Positions 1 through 9,657 of a stretch of DNA of 17,662 nucleotides are shown here, piece after piece. The notes under the pieces were generated by a model. That model saw only the letters and a list, made by a program, of their open reading frames with translations. It was not told the DNA's origin and searched no databases. This stretch comes from Candidatus Bipolaricaulia bacterium (GTDB lineage Bacteria; Bipolaricaulota; Bipolaricaulia; RBG-16-55-9). The translations under genes were made by a program, and so were the position numbers. How positions within the stretch are numbered: position 1 is the first letter of the stretch; the number at the start of each line of letters is the position of its first letter. Where the stretch lies: the NCBI GenBank assembly GCA_042219045.1, contig JBDGQO010000009.1, positions 1-17,662 of the forward strand. Direction: 5' to 3'.

Positions 1-68
1 CCCGCATTCTGCCCGTTTGTCAGTCCGCTTACAGATCGATGAGCCCGAGCGCGTCAGCATATCCGTTG

Positions 69-98
69 TTGCACGGGCTTGATTCGACTTTTCACAAT
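69..98 (+). promoter_or_regulatory. candidate sigma70-type promoter of the tkt operon
   Basis: TTGCAC (69-74), 18-nt spacer, CACAAT (93-98) in an AT-enriched stretch upstream of the tkt RBS AAGGAG (119-124). Pattern match only. Confidence 0.35.
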
Positions 99-133
99 AA
101 GCGCGAATCCCTACCTCAAAGGAGATGACCGCG

Positions 134-2143
134 ATGGTGACCGTCAAAGACATCGACCAAAAGAGCATTGACACGATCCGGACGCTGTCGATGGATGCCG
201 TGCAGAAGGCCAGCTCCGGCCATCCAGGGACGCCGATGGCGCTGGCCCCCGTCGCCTACCTGCTCTACACCAGGTATCTGAAGCACAACCCGACCGATCC
301 GAACTGGCCTGATCGGGATCGGTTCATCTTGAGCAACGGCCACGCCTCCATGTTGCTTTACAGCACGCTCTATCTGTCTGGATACGGCATTCCGTTCGAG
401 GAATTGGAGAGGTTTCGCCAGTGGGCGTCGATGACGCCCGGTCATCCCGAGTACGGGGACACGCCCGGCGTGGAGACGACGACCGGGCCATTGGGCCAAG
501 GCTGCGGCAACTCCGTCGGCATGGCCATGGCTGAAGCACACTTGGCCGCTCGCTTCAATACGGACGACCACCCGATCGTCGACCATCATACCTTCGTTTT
601 GAGCAGCGACGGCGACATGATGGAGGGCGTCTCGCACGAAGCGGCCGCGCTGGCCGGGCACTTGAAACTCGGGAAACTGATCTGGATGTTCGACGACAAC
701 CGGATCACCATCGGCGGCTCGACGGATCTGGCGATGAGCGAGGACGTGCGGACCCGTTTCGATGCCTACGGCTGGCACACCCAGGACGTCGAGGACGTCA
801 ACGATCTCGAGGCGCTTTCGGAGGCCATTGAAGCCGCCCAAGCCGAGACCGAGCGTCCGTCGTTCATCCGGATCCGAACGCACATCGGGTATGGGGCCCC
901 CAACAAGCAGGACACGAGCGACGCCCACGGTGCCCCGCTCGGCGAGGACGAGGTTCGCGAGACGAAACGCTTCTACGGTTGGCCGGAGGACGAGACGTTC
1001 TACGTCCCGGACGACGTGATCGAGCACTTCCGCGAGGCCAAGGCCCGCGGCCAGCAGCTCCAGCAGGCGTGGCAGGAGACGTTCGAGGCGTGGCAGGCGG
1101 CCAACCCCGATCTGGCCGAGGAGTGGAGCCGCATCCATCGCCACGAGCTGCCCGAGGGCTGGCACCGCAGCCTCCCCGCCTTCGATCCTGCAGATGGCAA
1201 GGAGGCGACGCGCAAGGCATCCGGAAAAGTCATCAACGAGATCGCGGGCACGCTGCCCGAGCTAATGGGCGGCTCGGCGGATCTCGCGCCGTCGACCAAG
1301 ACGCTCATCGACGCCAGCGGCGAGTTCCAAGCCGGCAGTTATGCGGAACGGAACCTGCGCTTCGGCGTGCGCGAGCACGGCATGGGCGCGGCTGTCAGCG
1401 GAATGGCGCTGCACGGCGGCGTGCGGCCCTACGGCGCGACGTTTCTCATCTTCAGCGACTACATGCGGCCGACCCTTCGCTTGGCGTCCATGATGAAGCA
1501 GCCGACGATCTACGTCTGGACGCACGACTCCATCGCGCTCGGCGAGGACGGCCCGACGCACCAGCCGATCGAGCACCTGATGTCGCTGCGGGCGATTCCC
1601 GGCTTCACGCTCCTGCGCCCGGCCGACGCCAACGAGACGGCCGCGGCGTGGCGAGTCGCCATCGAACGACGGAAGGGCCCGGTCGGCTTGGCGCTGACGC
1701 GCCAGGGGCTGCCCATTCTGGACACGTCCGAATACCCCATCGCCCAAGGCGTCCGCAAGGGAGCCTACGTCCTCTCGGACGCCTCCCACGGATCGCCGCG
1801 GCTCGTGCTGATCGGGACGGGCTCGGAAGTCAGCCTCGCGCTCGATGCCCAACAAGCCCTGGAAAACGACGGCATCCCGACGCGCGTCGTCTCCATGCCG
1901 TCCTGGGAACTGTTCGACGAGCAGGACGCGGCGTACCGCCGAGAGGTTCTCCCGCCCAATGGGCGCAAGCTGGCCATTGAGGCCGGCTCGACGCTCGGAT
2001 GGTCCAAGTACGTCGGCGACGATGGCGACGCCATTGGCTTGGAGCGCTTCGGGGCGTCGGCTCCGAGCGACGTCGCCTATGAGAACCTGGGCTTCAACGT
2101 CGACAACGTCGTCACCCGCGCAAAACAGCTCGTAGGCACATGA
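134..2143 (+). CDS. tkt: transketolase
   Basis: Motifs [28 protein letters not shown], ThDP-binding SDGDMMEG...[11 protein letters not shown] and GEDGPTHQP. The ORF track starts at 125, but the ATG at 134 sits 9 nt after AAGGAG and is the more likely start. Confidence 0.97.
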   Translation: MVTVKDIDQKSIDTIRTLSMDAVQKASSGHPGTPMALAPVAYLLYTRYLKHNPTDPNWPDRDRFILSNGHASMLLYSTLYLSGYGIPFEELERFRQWASMTPGHPEYGDTPGVETTTGPLGQGCGNSVGMAMAEAHLAARFNTDDHPIVDHHTFVLSSDGDMMEGVSHEAAALAGHLKLGKLIWMFDDNRITIGGSTDLAMSEDVRTRFDAYGWHTQDVEDVNDLEALSEAIEAAQAETERPSFIRIRTHIGYGAPNKQDTSDAHGAPLGEDEVRETKRFYGWPEDETFYVPDDVIEHFREAKARGQQLQQAWQETFEAWQAANPDLAEEWSRIHRHELPEGWHRSLPAFDPADGKEATRKASGKVINEIAGTLPELMGGSADLAPSTKTLIDASGEFQAGSYAERNLRFGVREHGMGAAVSGMALHGGVRPYGATFLIFSDYMRPTLRLASMMKQPTIYVWTHDSIALGEDGPTHQPIEHLMSLRAIPGFTLLRPADANETAAAWRVAIERRKGPVGLALTRQGLPILDTSEYPIAQGVRKGAYVLSDASHGSPRLVLIGTGSEVSLALDAQQALENDGIPTRVVSMPSWELFDEQDAAYRREVLPPNGRKLAIEAGSTLGWSKYVGDDGDAIGLERFGASAPSDVAYENLGFNVDNVVTRAKQLVGT

Positions 2144-2174
2144 CTGTTTGAACGAACGCTTGGAGGAAGATTCG

Positions 2175-4931
2175 ATGAATCCGCTCAACGAACTGGCGCA
2201 CCGGGGACAGTCGATCTGGCTCGACTACATTCGCCGCAGCCTCATGGACAGCGGCGAACTGGCTCGCCTGGTCAATGAGGACAGCCTCACGGGCCTGACC
2301 AGCAACCCGGCGATCTTCCAGAAGGCCATCGCCGGCAGCGAGGAGTACGACGCCCAGATCGATCAAGCGATCCGCGACGATCCGCACATTTCTACCGAAT
2401 CGCTGTTTTGGCAGCTCGCGATCGCCGACATCCAGCTGGCCGCCGACGTGCTCCGTCCCGTCTACGACGACACCAATCGAGCGGACGGCTACGTCAGCCT
2501 CGAGGTCTCTCCTCAATTGGCAGACGACACTGACGGGACGCTGGCGGAAGCCCGGCGGCTCTGGCAGGCCGTCGATCGGCCGAATCTGATGATCAAGGTG
2601 CCGGCCACGGAGGCCGGCATTCCCGCCATCGAGACGCTGATCGGCGAGGGGATCAACGTCAACGTGACGCTGATGTTTTCATTGGATCACTATGAAGCCG
2701 TCGCCAACGCCTACATCAAGGGATTGGATAAGCTGGACGATCCCTCGACGGTGGCCTCGGTGGCGTCGTTCTTTGTCAGTCGCGTTGATGCCAAGATCGA
2801 CCCGACGTTGGGCGAGATCGGAACCGACAAGGCCGAGGGATTGAAGGGGCGGATCGCGGTCGCCAACGCCAAGTTGGCCTATCGTCGCTACGGGGAGATC
2901 TTCCATGGCGAGCCGTTCGCCGAGCTCCGCGAGGCGGGCGCCATGCCCCAGCGCGTCCTCTGGGCGAGCACCAGCACGAAAAACCCCGACTATCGCGAAA
3001 CGATCTACGTCGAGGAGCTGATCGGATCGGGGACAGTCAACACGATGCCCCCGGCGACGCTGGGCGCGTTCCGCGATCACGGCGAGGTCCGGGGCGACAC
3101 CCTCAGCGAGGACGTCGAAGCCGCCGAGCGACATATCCAACAGCTGGGCGAGCTCGACATCGACCTCGATCGTATCACGGAGGATCTGCAACGAGAGGGC
3201 GTCGACAAGTTCGTCAAGCCGTTCGAGGAGCTCCTGGCGGCCCTCGACGAGAAGCGCCACGATCTGCAAGCCAAGCGCGTCAATCCCCTGAGCCTCCAGG
3301 TCGGCGATGCGGATCGTCAGCGCATGGATAGCCGGCTCTCGACCTGGGATGACCAGACGTTTGCCCAGCGGCTGTGGCGCAAGGATCCCACGCTGTGGGC
3401 CGACGAAGACACGCCCGAAATCACCGATCGCTTGGGGTGGCTCGACCTGCCCGAGGCGATGCACGAGGCGTTGGCTCGACTGGAAAGCCTGGCAGACGAC
3501 GTCCACAACGAGGGCTTCCAGTCGGTTATTCTGCTGGGCATGGGCGGCTCGAGCCTGGCGCCCGAGGTCTTCCAGCGCGTCTTCGGCAACGCCGCGGGCT
3601 ATCCCGAACTGCGGGTGCTCGACAGCACCCATCCCGATGCCGTGCGCCGTGTCGACAATGAGGTCGATCTGACGAAGACGCTGTTCGTCGTCGCGAGCAA
3701 GTCGGGCACGACGACCGAATCGCTGTCGTTTTTCCATTACTTCTGGGCAGCGGTGAGCGACATCTCGGATCGACCCGGCGACCACTTCGTCGCCATTACC
3801 GACCCCGGCACGCCGTTGGTGGATCTGGCGAGCGACCGCGACTTCCGCGCCACGTTCAAGGCACCGGCCGACGTCGGCGGGCGCTACGCGGCGTTGACGC
3901 CGTTCGGCCTCGTCCCGGCTGCGCTTATCGGCATGGACGTCCACAAGCTTCTCGACCGGGCCTGGACGCTCGCCGAGGCCTGCGCGTTCTGCGTGCCCGC
4001 CAGCGAGAACTCGGCGCTGACACTGGGGGCCGCGCTCGGCGAGCTGGCGGCGAGCGGTCGGGACAAGCTGACCCTGGAGACGTCGCCGTCGCTCGTGGCG
4101 TTTCCCGACTGGCTTGAGCAACTGATTGCCGAGAGCACCGGCAAGGACGAGACCGGCATCGTGCCCGTCGTCTGCGAGCCGCTCGGACCGCCGGAGGTCT
4201 ACACCGACGATCGCGTGTTCGTCCATCTGAAGCTGGCAGACGAGGAGGACGCCGTTCAAGAACAACGACTCGCCGATCTCGAACAGGCCGGCCATCCGGT
4301 CGTTCGGGTCGAGCTTCCGGAGCGCTATGATCTGAGCCAAGAGATGTTCCGCTGGGAGATGGCGATCGCCGCGGCGGGGGCCGTTTTGAACATCCATCCG
4401 TTCAACCAGCCCAACGTCGAGCTGGCCAAGAAGCTGTCCAAAGAGGCCATGGGCCGCGACGAGAGCGACGCCCAAGAGGATGGCATCGAGGCGCTCGAAG
4501 CCGCCTCGGCTGCAAGCGTCGCGGCGAGGCTGCAGCAGTGGCTCGACGACACGACCGACGGTGATTATATCGCCATCCAAGCGTTCATCGCGCCGACCTC
4601 GCGGGTCAACGAGACGCTGCATGAGCTCCGGCTCAAGCTGCGGGATCGAACGCAACGGGCGACGACGCTCGGCTACGGGCCGCGGTTCTTGCACTCCACG
4701 GGCCAGCTCCACAAGGGCGGCCCGAACACGGGGCTGTTCCTCCAGCTCGTCGACGAGCCGAGCAGCGCGCTGCCTGTTCCGGAGACGGACTATTCGTTCC
4801 AGAAACTGCTCCGTGCGCAGGCCGACGGCGACTATCACGCGCTAGCCCAGCAGAATCGTCGTGTGATACGGATCAACCTCGGTCAGGACCCGCTTGACCA
4901 TCTCGAGCAGTTGCGGGAGGCGCTCGGATGA
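2175..4931 (+). CDS. tal-pgi: bifunctional transaldolase / glucose-6-phosphate isomerase
   Basis: N-terminal transaldolase (SIWLD, GLTSNPAIF, VSLEVSP, catalytic NLMIKVPAT, NVTLMFS, SFFVSRVD, LWASTSTK) fused to PGI/SIS domains (GMGGSSL, SKSGTTTE, VGGRY, EQLIAESTGK, PFNQPNVE, GPRFLHSTGQLHKGG). ATG 2175 follows GGAGG (2162-2166) and is preferred over TTG 2148. Confidence 0.95.
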   Translation: MNPLNELAHRGQSIWLDYIRRSLMDSGELARLVNEDSLTGLTSNPAIFQKAIAGSEEYDAQIDQAIRDDPHISTESLFWQLAIADIQLAADVLRPVYDDTNRADGYVSLEVSPQLADDTDGTLAEARRLWQAVDRPNLMIKVPATEAGIPAIETLIGEGINVNVTLMFSLDHYEAVANAYIKGLDKLDDPSTVASVASFFVSRVDAKIDPTLGEIGTDKAEGLKGRIAVANAKLAYRRYGEIFHGEPFAELREAGAMPQRVLWASTSTKNPDYRETIYVEELIGSGTVNTMPPATLGAFRDHGEVRGDTLSEDVEAAERHIQQLGELDIDLDRITEDLQREGVDKFVKPFEELLAALDEKRHDLQAKRVNPLSLQVGDADRQRMDSRLSTWDDQTFAQRLWRKDPTLWADEDTPEITDRLGWLDLPEAMHEALARLESLADDVHNEGFQSVILLGMGGSSLAPEVFQRVFGNAAGYPELRVLDSTHPDAVRRVDNEVDLTKTLFVVASKSGTTTESLSFFHYFWAAVSDISDRPGDHFVAITDPGTPLVDLASDRDFRATFKAPADVGGRYAALTPFGLVPAALIGMDVHKLLDRAWTLAEACAFCVPASENSALTLGAALGELAASGRDKLTLETSPSLVAFPDWLEQLIAESTGKDETGIVPVVCEPLGPPEVYTDDRVFVHLKLADEEDAVQEQRLADLEQAGHPVVRVELPERYDLSQEMFRWEMAIAAAGAVLNIHPFNQPNVELAKKLSKEAMGRDESDAQEDGIEALEAASAASVAARLQQWLDDTTDGDYIAIQAFIAPTSRVNETLHELRLKLRDRTQRATTLGYGPRFLHSTGQLHKGGPNTGLFLQLVDEPSSALPVPETDYSFQKLLRAQADGDYHALAQQNRRVIRINLGQDPLDHLEQLREALG

Positions 4932-5779
4932 CGATCGAGTTCTGGTACATGTTGCCCGTGGCCGCGCTGATCGCGACCGTCGCGATGGCTTCCGGCGTCG
5001 AAGGCGCGACGTTCTTCGCGCCGTTGTTCATTTTGGGGCTGGGGCTCTCGACCGAGGTCGCCATCGGGACGGGGCTGATCACCGAGGTCTTCGGCTTCGC
5101 CAGCGGGCTGTTCGCGTATGTGCGTAAACGCCTCATCGACTACAGGCTCGGCATGGCGCTTTTGATCGTCACGGTGCCGGCCGCGTTCTTGGGCACTTGG
5201 ATCGGCGGGCAGGTCGAGCCGGGCATCCTGAAGGCGATCCTGGCCGTCGGGTTGTTTGCCGTGGCGCTCAGCTTCCTGCGCAGCCCGGAGGCGTCTGATC
5301 GCGAGCGCATGGACGCGGCCATCGACGAGATGTGGGAGGACCCGGAAACGTGCCTCGTCAGCGCCGAGGGCAAGGAGCACTGCTACACCGTCTGCAACCG
5401 CACCGAAGGCCGGACGATTGCCGGCGTTGGGGCGCTGTTCATGGGGATGATCTCCACGGGCCTGGGTGAGATGAATGGGTATTATCTCCTGCAGCGCTGC
5501 CGCGTGCCGAGCGCCGTGGCGGTGGCGACGAGCGTATTTGTCGTGGCGGTCACGGCGCTAGCAGGGTCGGCGGGCCATGTCGCCAAGTTTGCTCAAGGTG
5601 ATCCGGAGGCGATCCAGACGGCCCTCAATTTGACGGTCTTCACGGTTCCCGGGGTGCTGATCGGGGGCCAGCTCGGCTCGGCCGCGGCCCACCGGGTTCC
5701 CCAGAAGATGTTGGAGACGGGTCTCGGGGTGCTGTTTATCCTGATCGCGATTCTGATGCTCGGGAGCGTGACGACATGA
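4928..5779 (+). CDS. sulfite exporter TauE/SafE (TSUP) family membrane protein
   Basis: About 8 hydrophobic segments in two repeated halves (SGVEGATFFAP...VAIGTGL and TGLGE...VAVATS; PGVLIGGQLG). ATGA overlap with the tal-pgi stop codon. Confidence 0.85.
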   Translation: MTIEFWYMLPVAALIATVAMASGVEGATFFAPLFILGLGLSTEVAIGTGLITEVFGFASGLFAYVRKRLIDYRLGMALLIVTVPAAFLGTWIGGQVEPGILKAILAVGLFAVALSFLRSPEASDRERMDAAIDEMWEDPETCLVSAEGKEHCYTVCNRTEGRTIAGVGALFMGMISTGLGEMNGYYLLQRCRVPSAVAVATSVFVVAVTALAGSAGHVAKFAQGDPEAIQTALNLTVFTVPGVLIGGQLGSAAAHRVPQKMLETGLGVLFILIAILMLGSVTT

Positions 5780-6530
5780 TCGAGACGATGATCTTCGACC
5801 TGGACGGCACGCTCGTGCAGACGGAAAAGTTGAAGGCCCAATCCTACGCGCGGGCGGCCGTATGGCTCTGTCCCGGCACGGTCACCGAGGCCGAGGTGCT
5901 CGAGGCGTTCAAGGACGTCGTGGGGCGCTCGCGCCGCGAAGTGGCCATGGCGTTGATGGAGCGGTTCAACCTCCACGAAGCCGCGCGCGTCCGCATGGAC
6001 GAGTACGGCGTGGACGCGCCATGGCAGGCGTTCCTTCAAGCTCGCCTCGACATCTACGAGGACATGATCACGGACGCGACGATCCTTCGCGAGAACCAAT
6101 GGCCGCACAATCGCGACCTGCTGGAACAAGCCCGTGAGGACTGCCGTCAGGTCGCACTGGCGACCATGTCGCATTGCGAGCGGGCCAACCAGATCCTGGA
6201 GGTTCTCGATCTGAGCGACGCGTTCGATTTCGTGGCGACCCGCGACGACGTTGACAATGGCAAGCCCGATCCGGAGATCTATCGACTGGTCGCGGAGGAG
6301 CTCGACGTGGCACCGGAGGACTGTCTGGTGGTTGAGGACTCACCGAGCGGCGTTCAGGCAGCGGTCGACGCCGACATGCACGTGGTCGCCGTGGCGACGC
6401 CGTTCTCCGCGGACGAATTGGCCAAGCTGGAGACGCTCGACCCGCGCTGGATCGTCCACGACCCGGATGATCTGCTGACCGTTGTGCAAACGAAGCTGGA
6501 CGAAGCCAAATCTCAAGGGGTGGAATCGAC

Positions 6531-6534
<4 letters not shown>
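5776..6534 (+). CDS. HAD-superfamily phosphatase (C1 cap; beta-PGM/CbbY/YieH-like)
   Basis: Motif I FDLDGT, motif II LATMS, motif III GKPDPEIY, motif IV VEDSPSG. ATGA overlaps at both ends. Confidence 0.9.
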
Positions 6535-7438
<904 letters not shown>

Positions 7439-7442
<4 letters not shown>

Positions 7443-8899
7443 GCGATGGCGCTCGACCTGAGCCCCACGTCTTCGCCGTCTTCGGCGGCACGGGCGATCT
7501 GGCCAGGCGCAAGCTGCTGCCGGCACTCTGTCGGGCGGCGATGGAGGATCGCCTTGGCGAGGGGACGGTGGTCCTCGGCATCGGCCGACGCGAGGACATG
7601 GGCGACGACGACTACCGCGAACTGGCGCGCGAGGCGCTGACCGAAAGCGGCATTGCCGAAGCCGACCAGGGCGCTTGGTGCGACCGCTGCGTCTACTATC
7701 AGCCCATCAGCGCTGGGGACGCCAAGGACTACGATGAGCTGCGCAAGCGCATTGAGGCCATCGAAGCCCACCATGGGCTGCAGGGGCACCGCGCGTTCTA
7801 CCTCGCCACGCCGCCGGGCGCGTTCGCGCCGGCAATCCGGGGCCTCGGCGGGGCGGGGCTCAACGGCGGCGACGGCTCGACGGTCCGGTTGGTGATCGAG
7901 AAGCCGTTCGGCCACGACCTCAGGTCGGCCCAAGAGCTCAACCGCATCGTCCACGAGCACTTCGACGAGTCCCAAGTTTTTCGCATCGACCACTTTCTCG
8001 GCAAGGAGACCGTTCAAAACCTGCTGGCGTTCCGCTTTGCCAACCCCGTGTTTGAGTCGCTGTGGAACCGCCATTACGTCGACAACGTCCAGATCACGGT
8101 CTCGGAACCGATCGGTGTCGAGGGCCGCGCGGGCTACTACGATGGGGTCGGCGCGCTGCGCGACATGGTCCAGAATCACCTGACGCAGATCCTGACCCTC
8201 GTCGCCATGGAGGCGCCCGTCTCCACCGACGCGGACGCGATTCGCAACGAGAAAGTCCGGGTCCTGCACGCGATCGACCAACCCGACCCGGGCGACCTGG
8301 TGCGCGGCCAGTATGAGGGCGGAACGATGGACGGCAAGGACGTCCCGGCTTACCGGGATTTGGACGGCGTGCCCGACGATTCGACCGCCGAGACGTTTGC
8401 CGCACTGCGGCTCGAGATCGACAATTGGCGCTGGCAGGGCGTGCCGTTCTATCTGCGCACGGGCAAGCGGCTGCCGGACAAGCGGAGCCAGATCGCCGTG
8501 ACCTTCCACGAACCGCCCGTCTGCCTCTTTCACGACCAGGATCGCTGTCAGCTGGAGCCCAACGTTCTCGTCATCACGCTGCAGCCGAACGAGGGCTTTG
8601 ACCTTAGGTTCCAGGTCAAGACCCCGTCCACGTCCATGGAGCTCGCGCCGCAGACGCTGCGCTTCCGCTACAACGAGGTCTTTGAGGATCTGCCCGACGC
8701 CTATGAGACGCTGCTCGTCGACATCCTGCAGGGGGATCAGACGCTGTTCGTGCGCTCGGACGAGGTCGAGGCGGCATGGCGGCGCTACGCGCCGCTCCTG
8801 GATCGGACGGACGTGGCGGCCTACGAGCCCGGCACGTGGGGCCCAGCGGAGGCGGATGCGTTGCTTGAACGCGAGGGTCGGCGATGGCGAACCCCGTAA
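7439..8899 (+). CDS. zwf: glucose-6-phosphate 1-dehydrogenase
   Basis: GGTGDLARRKL, EKPFGHDL, RIDHFLGKE, RDMVQNH, WQGVPFYLRTGK, AYETLL, YEPGTWGP. Confidence 0.97.
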
Positions 8900-9657
8900 G
8901 CCCCGAGGTCCGCGTCTTTCCCGATCTGGAGGGGCTGAGCCGCGAGGCGGCTCGGGAGGTCCGCCGCGTGATCAACGAAGCCGCGGCGCAATTCGGGCGT
9001 TGCGCGGTCGCCCTGGCCGGCGGGAGCACGCCGCGCCGGCTCTACGAAATCCTCGCCCACGATGAGAGCGAGGAGATTCCGTGGGAAAACGTGCACGCGT
9101 TCTGGGGCGACGAGCGCTGCGTTCCGCCCGATCACGACGCGAGCAACGTCCGCCTGGCCCGCGAGACGCTGATCGATCACGTCGATCTTCCCCCGGGGAA
9201 CATCCATGCTGTGCCCGTGCAGGCGGGGTCGCCCGACGCGATCGCCTCGGCCTATGAGGCCGAGCTCCGGGCGTTCTTCACCGAATCGACGGCGATACAA
9301 TCGGGTTGGCCCCGATTCGACCTCGTATTGCTCGGCATTGGCGGCGACGGCCACACGGCCTCGCTGTTTCCGGACAGCCCGGCGCTGGACGCGGGCGATC
9401 GCTGGGTGACTCCCTCCCAGGCCCCGGAAGACGCGGACGTCCGAGATCGAGTGACGCTGACGCTGCCGGTCATCAACCACGCCCGCGCCGCCTTCGTCAT
9501 GACGGCTGGTGCCTCCAAACAGCCCGTTGTTCGAGAAATTCTGGAGACGCCCGAGGCGGCGGTGATGCGCTATCCGGCCGCCCGAGTGCATCCGCGCGGG
9601 AGGCTCGTCTGGTGGGTGGATCGCGCGGCGATCGGCCTTGACGGGGGCACGTCATGA
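8884..9657 (+). CDS. pgl: 6-phosphogluconolactonase
   Basis: ALAGGSTP, FWGDERCVP, FDLVLLGIGGDGHTASLFP, RVTLTLP. Overlaps the end of zwf by 16 nt. Confidence 0.95.
   Translation: MANPVSPEVRVFPDLEGLSREAAREVRRVINEAAAQFGRCAVALAGGSTPRRLYEILAHDESEEIPWENVHAFWGDERCVPPDHDASNVRLARETLIDHVDLPPGNIHAVPVQAGSPDAIASAYEAELRAFFTESTAIQSGWPRFDLVLLGIGGDGHTASLFPDSPALDAGDRWVTPSQAPEDADVRDRVTLTLPVINHARAAFVMTAGASKQPVVREILETPEAAVMRYPAARVHPRGRLVWWVDRAAIGLDGGTS

Noticed and set aside
79..97. FNR-like (TTGAT) and Rex-like (TTCACAA) sequences upstream of tkt
   Set aside because: Each is only a half-site, with no matching inverted partner at the expected spacing.
2679..4838. 719-aa minus-strand ORF, and similar long antisense ORFs (116-1165, 7250-8533, 9570-11492, 14010-14999, 15009-16034)
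   Set aside because: They lie wholly opposite well-supported genes and show no recognisable motifs. This is the usual shadow of high-GC codon bias.
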